Origin: Kiritimatiellia bacterium
Lineage (GTDB): Bacteria > Verrucomicrobiota > Kiritimatiellia > RFP12 > UBA1067
Assembly: GCA_051884935.1 (NCBI GenBank)
Contig: JBJEWG010000206.1
Coordinates: forward strand, 1 to 39,894
Length of the DNA stretch: 39,894 bases
Reading direction: 5' to 3'
Of this stretch, positions 34,341 through 39,894 are shown piece by piece. The notes under the pieces are model-generated. The model ran no database searches. It saw only the letters and a list, made by a program, of their open reading frames with translations, and had not been told where the DNA came from. The translations under genes were made by a program, and so were the position numbers. Each line of letters begins with the position of its first letter. Position 1 is the first letter of the stretch.

Positions 34341-35285
34341 TCAGAAGCTGAACTTCGCCTGGATTCCGCCCCACACCTGATCGGTGGAGTCGCAGCAGGA
34401 GTCCATCTTGTCGAACTCGTCGCGGGCGTCGTCGTTCAGGATGGACGTGAACGCGATCAGTCCGCCAATCGAGAAGTGGTCACACGGCGCCCACGTCAGA
34501 CCCAGCTTGGCGGTGAGACCGCCAATACCGCGGCCGATGTCGTCATCGTCCTCCGTATCCCCGTCGTAGAGGTAGGCCAGATACTTGGCCGTGCCGAAGT
34601 TCACGTTCACGTCGCCGGCGAGGGTCAGCTGCGAAAGCAGCTCGTTCTCGCTCTCCAGCAGGTCCGAAAGCGTCATCTCCTTCCGAAGGCCAAGCTCGTA
34701 GTGCACGCCGTCCACGCGGTTGTACTCGTAGCTCACCTGGGTGTAGGGCGTGACATACGGATTCTCAAGCTCGAACTTCACGTAGAGCTCGTAGGTCGTC
34801 GGGAAGTCCTTGCGCTTGCGGTAGCCGCCGTCCTCCTCGTCCCATCTGCCGTGGAGGTTGTAGGTATACCACTCGTGGCCGAACTCGAAGTTCAGCGTCG
34901 TCTCCTCGTCGTCGCTCTCCCAGAGCGTCACGCCGGCGTGGATGTTGTAGTCGGTCTCGTTCCACTCGCCCCGATAGCCGAGATTGCGGCGCCGATTGGT
35001 GAGGTCGTAGTTCTGCCACACGAAGAAGCCGATGGAGAACGGCTCGGCGACCGTCCAGTCCGCCCACACGCACGGCTGCGCGACCGGGCGGTCGTTCTGC
35101 ACCGCGTTGCGCCAGACGTACGCCGAGAACAGATCGACGTCCAGCCCCGCCTCAAGCGGAAACGCATCATCGCGCTCCTCAAGCTCGGCCTTCGTCTCGG
35201 ACGCGCCATCCGTCTTCGCCTCCTGGGCGAACACGCCGCCGCACACCAGCGCCGCAGACGCGGCCGCAATCAGCAATCTCTTCAT
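34341..35285 (-). CDS. Outer-membrane beta-barrel protein (porin-like), function unknown
   Basis: ATG 35285 gives the signal peptide MKRLLIAAASAALVCGGVFAQEA. The sequence shows an alternating amphipathic beta-strand pattern rich in Y/W/G/D/N, and the terminal residues are KFSF (C-terminal Phe). Confidence 0.65.
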   Translation of the reverse strand: MKRLLIAAASAALVCGGVFAQEAKTDGASETKAELEERDDAFPLEAGLDVDLFSAYVWRNAVQNDRPVAQPCVWADWTVAEPFSIGFFVWQNYDLTNRRRNLGYRGEWNETDYNIHAGVTLWESDDEETTLNFEFGHEWYTYNLHGRWDEEDGGYRKRKDFPTTYELYVKFELENPYVTPYTQVSYEYNRVDGVHYELGLRKEMTLSDLLESENELLSQLTLAGDVNVNFGTAKYLAYLYDGDTEDDDDIGRGIGGLTAKLGLTWAPCDHFSIGGLIAFTSILNDDARDEFDKMDSCCDSTDQVWGGIQAKFSF

Positions 35286-35325
35286 TGTCTCTCCCGTTCC
35301 TTTCTTGGTGGTGAAAAGGCCGAAA

Positions 35326-35334
35326 GTATACCAT
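35326..35334 (-). promoter_or_regulatory. Extended -10 TGGTATACT promoter for the OMP gene
   Basis: The minus strand has TGGTATACT about 40 nt upstream of ATG 35285. The leader contains a GGAACGGGAGAG SD. Confidence 0.45.
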
Positions 35335-35654
35335 AAGGGATTCCGCACCACAACACTCCAAACGCCCTCGGCGAACGAGGGAAAGTTGTACAATCAAGCG
35401 GGTCAATTCGGAAAGGCAAGGAGTCGGGATGGAGAGCGGAGGCGAAACGGAAGAAGGACAGGAACCGCAAGAGGCGGGAGAAGAGGAAAAGGAACGCCCT
35501 CTGGGGGGTGGCGCGAACAGGGGGGCGGGGATGACCGTCACCTACCGAATGGCCCGTCTCGTCGTCGAGGAGCGGCTCTCGCCCCACGATGCCATATGCT
35601 ACATGAGGAAGGACTGCCGGGACGGCGCAATCTCCCTTGTGATTTCGACTTCAC

Positions 35655-35764
35655 TTGCGCAAGTGATTGAATTCTCTTGCGCAAGCAACGGAATTCTCTT
35701 GCGCAAGCGGGGAAATTCAGTTGCGCAACCAAATCCATTCTCTTGCGCAAGAGAATCCCAGATC
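35655..35764. repeat. Five exactly phased 22-bp units with palindromic core TTGCGCAA; the last unit is a perfect 20-bp palindrome
   Basis: TTGCGCAA occurs at 35655, 35677, 35699, 35721 and 35743. The unit consensus is GAATTCTC-TTGCGCAA-G. ATTCTCTTGCGCAAGAGAAT at 35737-35756 is perfectly palindromic. Confidence 0.9.
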
Positions 35765-36039
35765 GCCCTGTCATTCGACCGAGGTGTCGCGCCTCACGCT
35801 CGACTCGGGGAGGATTGGGGCCGTCGCCGGCTCAGGCTCGAACGCATGGTCGACCCGCTCCACAGGGGGTTCGGCGGGAGGACGGCGTATATAACGCGAC
35901 GCCGCCTACGCGAGGGCGAAGGCCGCGTCGAAGTCCGCATGACGAAGGAGAAACAGAAGATGAAGGTGTTCGAACTGCCGCCGAGGCCCCTCGGAAAAAT
36001 ATTCAGGCAATTGACCCACTTGGGTGGAAATTCGCCCCC

Positions 36040-39039
36040 TCAGCGAACGGCGGTCATCATATTGCGGTCCGCGTTCGGATACCACGCCCACACCAGCTTC
36101 TTCTCGCGCGTGATCTCGAACGCCGTTGCCCGCGTGGCGTCCGGCTCGCCGTTTGCCCAGGTGCCGACGACGAGGTTCCCGGCCTTCGTCTCCTGAATGC
36201 CGCAGAGGTTCGCGAGCCTCAGGTTCGGCAGGTCCCCGCATACGAAGGACCAGACCGCCCGATGATCCGGCGCATACTCCGTCACGCCCGTGAGGTGCGA
36301 GACGAGCGTGTTGCCATTCGCGCGGCGAATGCAGTCGAACGCCAGCACCGGCACCGCCTGCTCCCACACCAGCTTCCCATCGGCCGTATACTCGCGCACG
36401 CACGCCGCTCCCGCACAGCAGACGAGATACGTGCCCTTCGCCGTCTTCCGCACCATGCGGAGATGCCCGTGCGCACCTGGCGTACCCCCCTTCGCGTTCT
36501 TCGGGTTCACCTTGAACCTCACCAGCTCGCGACCCGTGCGCGCCTCAAGCTCGATGACCTCGTCCGTGGAGTTCACCGCCATCACGACGTTGCCGTTCGG
36601 CAGCACCTCGAACCCCAGCACCCCCGCGCCCGCGCGCGTCTTCGGACGGTACACGAGCTCGGCCTGCGTGCCCGGCAGCCTACAGCGGTAGAGGTCCCCG
36701 TTCGAGTAGTAGACGTAGCCCCCGTGGCGCTGGACGCGATGGATGTTGCCGCACCCCGTCCGCTGCCAGGACACCTTGCCATCCGGTTCGAGGATGTACG
36801 CGCGCCCCGTACCGGCCACCAACAGCGGCGCGGACAGCTTACCCTCCAGCCGCGCCGACGCGCGCTTCACGGGCGCGTCTAGGGGCTTCCCCACCGCATC
36901 GACGAGCCGCACCGCCTTCCCGCCCGCGCCATCGAAGAGGCCGCGCAGCAGCTTCACACGCGCCGGCGTGGGCTCCGCCACCTGCCAGAAGTCGATCTCC
37001 TCGCTCTCCCCGAGGCCGATGAAGGCCTTCGCGAAGTCGTCCGTCGCATACACGCCGCCACCGCCGACGACCGCGCGCGGATCCGTCGCGCGGGCGACGC
37101 CGGCAACCCGCCGGACCGTTTCGAGATACTCCTGCGGCGTATCGCCCTTCGCCACCGCCACGAGCCCCGTGTGGAACGCCTGCGTCTTCAGTTCCGCCCC
37201 CGTGAAGTAGATCGGCGCGTCGCCAACCTCCAGCGTGACGGTGTTCCCCGCGCGGGCGGGGCGCACCCGCGCGCCGTTGACATCGAGGAACGAGACGTTC
37301 GCCGACGTGAATTCGAGCGTCATCGGCCCCGGCGCGCCGACCGTCCAGATCATGCCCGCCGGACGCTTCTCCGGGCGCGTCCACTGCGGGAAGTAGACCA
37401 GCCCGTCCGCGCTACGCCAGATGCCGTCCTTCTGGACGGAGTTCGGGGGGCGGCGGTCGATGAACGTCATGTAGGCCCCATAGGCCGGCTTCGGCGCGAA
37501 GTTGTCGCGCACAATTCCAAAGTAGGACTCCGGGTCGTACGGATTCTGGTCCGGCTGGCGGAACTCGTACAGGAAGAAGGCCTCGATGCGCTCCGCGAAC
37601 GCGATGCCGAGCGCGCGGGCCGTCATCTTCGCCTGGCGCGCCTCGTCGCTCGTCCCCAGAATCCGGTTGAAGAGGCAGCTCACCAGCACCGCCCCCTTCA
37701 TGTCGCTGTTGAACTTGTAGATGCCCGCGCAGACGGCCTCGACGCCGTTCGTCCGGGCCGAGAGCAGCGGGATCAGCTCGTCGCCGGGCTTGAGAAGGCT
37801 CGGCGTGATGAAGCGCTCGCCCTTGAATCCCTGCGGCGGCGGGCGCAGTCCCTTTGCCGCCGGCGCCGGCTGCACCGCGATCTCCTTGGGATAGCGCTTG
37901 TCGTTCCACCACGCGGTCTCGGCGATGCGAAGGAGACGCCGCGCATCCCATGATCTCGCCGTGTGGTCCGGCCGCATCCGCCCCGCCCCGTCGCGCACCT
38001 TCGCGTACCACATCGGCATGCCACCGAAATCAATGAGGATGCCGCCCTTTTTCACGAACTCGTAGACGGGCCCCACCGCCTCCACGTCATACTCCTCCGT
38101 GAACGGGAAGACGACCACGTCCACGTTCCCCGTGGCGAGCCGCCCCGCGAGGTCCCGCCCCGTGCAGACCTCGAAGACGGTTCCGGACGGGAACTCGCGC
38201 GCCACGCACGCCGCCTGCACGGTGTCCTCCTCGGTCGGCACGTACAGCGCCCGCCAGTTCCTCTTCGCCGGATCGAGGGCGCGCAACCCCGCGCGCAACA
38301 CTTCGCCGTCCACCACGCGCACCTGGTGCGTCGGCCAGCCGACCTCCGTGATCCAGATCGGCTTCTGCGCGTCGCCGTACTTCGCCATCATGTCCCGCAG
38401 CCGCTCCAGCTGCTCGTCCATCCGCCCCTCCGGCTGATCCGGATGCGAATAGGGATGCACGTTCATGATGTCGAAGCAGTTCGCGCCGCCGAGGCGGTAG
38501 ACCTCCTCGATGAACTCGAACGGCACGCCCGACGTCCCGCCGAACGCGATCCGCACCTTCGGCTCGATGCTCCTCGCCACCTCACGGGTCCGGCGCAGCA
38601 CCTTGAGGTAGTTCGTCGGGTTCGGGTTCTCCCAGAACCCGTTGCCGTTCTGCTCGTTCCAGACTTCGAGGACGGGCAGCCGTTGGCCGTACCGCGTCAC
38701 GACGCGGCGCACGTACTCGCCCCATTCGTCAAGATGCTCGTGCGCCGGATGCGCCCAGGGGACGGAATACCCGAGAATCGGCAGCAGCCGCACCCCCGCG
38801 CCCTCCGTTTCGAGCAGCACGCGGTCGAACGGCGTGAAGTCCCACTTGCCCTTCTCGCGCTCGATGCTCGCCCAGTCGAAGTCGCTGCGCACCCAGCCCA
38901 TGCCCGCCTGCCGCATCATCGAGCAGGTTCGCAGGGCCGGTTCGCCGCGCGTCACGTGCGCGCAGGCGCCATAGGGGTTTTCGGCAAATGAAACGGCCAC
39001 CACAGCGGCGAAGACGACGAATAGGGCTTGTGCTCTCAT
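36040..39039 (-). CDS. Secreted multidomain glycoside hydrolase (clan GH-A TIM barrel N-terminal; beta-propeller-like C-terminal region)
   Basis: 999 aa with signal peptide MRAQALFVVFAAVVAVSFA. LEVWNEQNG is acid/base-like and IWITEVGWPTH is nucleophile-like. The C-terminal roughly 300 aa have repetitive beta-strand character (YYSNGDLYRC, VMAVNSTDEVIELE, TYLVCCAGA, NLVVGTW). Confidence 0.75.
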   Translation of the reverse strand: MRAQALFVVFAAVVAVSFAENPYGACAHVTRGEPALRTCSMMRQAGMGWVRSDFDWASIEREKGKWDFTPFDRVLLETEGAGVRLLPILGYSVPWAHPAHEHLDEWGEYVRRVVTRYGQRLPVLEVWNEQNGNGFWENPNPTNYLKVLRRTREVARSIEPKVRIAFGGTSGVPFEFIEEVYRLGGANCFDIMNVHPYSHPDQPEGRMDEQLERLRDMMAKYGDAQKPIWITEVGWPTHQVRVVDGEVLRAGLRALDPAKRNWRALYVPTEEDTVQAACVAREFPSGTVFEVCTGRDLAGRLATGNVDVVVFPFTEEYDVEAVGPVYEFVKKGGILIDFGGMPMWYAKVRDGAGRMRPDHTARSWDARRLLRIAETAWWNDKRYPKEIAVQPAPAAKGLRPPPQGFKGERFITPSLLKPGDELIPLLSARTNGVEAVCAGIYKFNSDMKGAVLVSCLFNRILGTSDEARQAKMTARALGIAFAERIEAFFLYEFRQPDQNPYDPESYFGIVRDNFAPKPAYGAYMTFIDRRPPNSVQKDGIWRSADGLVYFPQWTRPEKRPAGMIWTVGAPGPMTLEFTSANVSFLDVNGARVRPARAGNTVTLEVGDAPIYFTGAELKTQAFHTGLVAVAKGDTPQEYLETVRRVAGVARATDPRAVVGGGGVYATDDFAKAFIGLGESEEIDFWQVAEPTPARVKLLRGLFDGAGGKAVRLVDAVGKPLDAPVKRASARLEGKLSAPLLVAGTGRAYILEPDGKVSWQRTGCGNIHRVQRHGGYVYYSNGDLYRCRLPGTQAELVYRPKTRAGAGVLGFEVLPNGNVVMAVNSTDEVIELEARTGRELVRFKVNPKNAKGGTPGAHGHLRMVRKTAKGTYLVCCAGAACVREYTADGKLVWEQAVPVLAFDCIRRANGNTLVSHLTGVTEYAPDHRAVWSFVCGDLPNLRLANLCGIQETKAGNLVVGTWANGEPDATRATAFEITREKKLVWAWYPNADRNMMTAVR

Positions 39040-39045
39040 GCCGAG

Positions 39046-39054
39046 AGTATAGCA
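39046..39054 (-). promoter_or_regulatory. Extended -10 TGCTATACT promoter, leaderless configuration
   Basis: The minus strand reads TGCTATACT-CTCGGC-ATG, with 6 nt between the -10 and the start codon of the signal-peptide-bearing hydrolase. Confidence 0.45.
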
Positions 39055-39069
39055 TATCCGCTTTCCAAT

Positions 39070-39095
39070 CGGGGCGGGCGGCTTCAGCCCGCCCG
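39070..39095 (-). terminator. GC-rich hairpin just downstream of the TPR gene stop (no U-tract)
   Basis: Imperfect stem CGGGCGG(G)C / GCCCGCCCG around TTCA, starting 2 nt after the TAG at 39097-39099. The lack of a U-run makes intrinsic termination uncertain. Confidence 0.3.
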
Positions 39096-39096
39096 A

Positions 39097-39894
39097 CTAC
39101 GGCCGCCAGCGGTTGCGGTCCTCGAGCTCGCGGTCAACTGCCGGCACAACGCGGTCGCTGGAATCGTCGCGCGGGTTTTCGCGGTAGCGGCGGATGGCCT
39201 CCAGCGTGCGGCGCAGCTCCGGCGAATCGGGCAGCAGCTCCACCGCGCGCACCGCGTTCGTCTCGGCCTCCGCCAGGCGCCCCTGCCGCAGCTGCGAGAC
39301 GGCGAGGTTGTTCAGCGTCGCCGGTTCGTCCGGACGCTGCTCCAGGCACCGCTTCAGATAGACCTCGGCGCGGCTGAACTGCTCCTCGACGAAATACGCC
39401 ATGCCCATCGCGAAGTTCGCCTGCGCGTTCTCGGGCTCCGCCGCGAGCACCTTCTGCGCGAACATGCGCGCGAGGCGGAAGTCGGCGCGCTCCAGCCCGA
39501 GGCGCAGCCCCTCGCGCGGCGTCAGGTTCGAGTTGCCGCGCCAGGCCACGCTGTCGAACGTGCGGCGAATCCGCGCATAGGCCGCGTTCAGGTCGTCCAG
39601 CTCCCGCGCCCGCGCGTTCTCCGCCATCGCCTGCTCCGTCTCGCGGCGCGCGTCGTGCGCGTCCGCCCGCATCTGGCACATCCGCGACAACCGCCACTGC
39701 ACGAAGATGAGCGCCCCCGCGAGACGCGGGTCGCTGCAGGCGGCGACCGCGCCCGTGCGGTAGAGCGCCACGATGCGCGCGGCGAGGTCCCGCGCCACGG
39801 CGGCCCCCTCGGCGGCGACCGCAGGCGGCATCGCGTCCCCCGGGCGCGCCGCCATCGCCCCGCACACCGGCATCGGCAGCTTGTTGTGCCGCCA
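39097..39894 (-). CDS. TPR-repeat protein; start uncertain (frame open to the window edge)
   Basis: TPR-like repeats are present (ANFAMGMAYFVEEQFSRAEVYLKRCLEQRPDEPATLNNLAVSQLRQGRLAEAETNAVRAVELLPDSPE). The track start is ATG 39873, but the frame has no stop up to nt 39894, so the gene may extend beyond the window. Confidence 0.6.
   Translation of the reverse strand, partial: WRHNKLPMPVCGAMAARPGDAMPPAVAAEGAAVARDLAARIVALYRTGAVAACSDPRLAGALIFVQWRLSRMCQMRADAHDARRETEQAMAENARARELDDLNAAYARIRRTFDSVAWRGNSNLTPREGLRLGLERADFRLARMFAQKVLAAEPENAQANFAMGMAYFVEEQFSRAEVYLKRCLEQRPDEPATLNNLAVSQLRQGRLAEAETNAVRAVELLPDSPELRRTLEAIRRYRENPRDDSSDRVVPAVDRELEDRNRWRP

Noticed and set aside
35960-36000. Terminator for the 999-aa hydrolase gene (hairpin CCGAGG-CC-CCTCGG near 35973-35988)
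   Set aside because: On the transcribed (minus) strand the T-run precedes the hairpin instead of following it, so it does not fit an intrinsic terminator.
35429-36196. 255-aa plus-strand ORF covering the long intergenic region
   Set aside because: It reads straight through the 22-bp repeat array, giving repeated LAQ/SCA peptides, and into the antisense of the hydrolase gene. It has no SD and no motif. The region is treated as non-coding.

Overview
High-GC bacterial chromosomal window from a diderm with a glycan-degrading gene content. A PVC-like origin is only an impression. Many long ORFs in the track are antisense or alternative-frame shadows of real genes, as expected at this GC content, and I did not call them. 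Left to right: (1) the 3' part of a large surface-type protein of unknown function (1-2550, +). (2) A convergent minus-strand Tad/Flp type IVc pilus operon (9213 down to 2612): two Flp-like pilins, TadE-like, TadG-like, TadE-like, a small unknown membrane protein, CpaB, an FHA-fused CpaF ATPase and one TadB/C platform protein. No secretin, TadZ/CpaE or prepilin peptidase is present. (3) A visibly AT-richer two-gene islet (9474-10688, +) encoding a sigma-70 region-4-like HTH protein and an HU-like DNA-binding protein. (4) metK behind a roughly 120-nt structured leader. (5) Housekeeping genes: a DUF1343/NamZ-like gene and nnrD. (6) A plus-strand operon: Tat-exported Gfo/Idh/MocA oxidoreductase, HEAT plus FG-GAP protein, small YceK-like protein, glycoside hydrolase. 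(7) A five-gene minus-strand glycan operon: a 1399-aa GH2-like protein, a 1065-aa DUF4091 protein, a PutP-type symporter, GH2 beta-mannosidase and an OPA-family MFS. (8) tRNA-Ala(CGC), an outer-membrane beta-barrel gene, a 999-aa glycoside hydrolase and a TPR protein. No complete, nameable new protein system is visible. The most unusual signal is non-coding. Two copies of an inverted-repeat-bounded element family lie at 10761-11171 and 20609-21130, with about 63-nt arms. Three strictly phased repeat arrays have 23-bp (x6), 25-bp (about 9 units) and 22-bp (x5, palindromic TTGCGCAA core) periods, all inside unusually long intergenic regions. A recurrent extended -10 motif, TG-N-TATA(A/C)T, sits 6-8 nt from the start codon in three genes, which implies leaderless mRNAs. 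All coordinates and repeat comparisons were read by eye from the sequence; no database search or folding was run.
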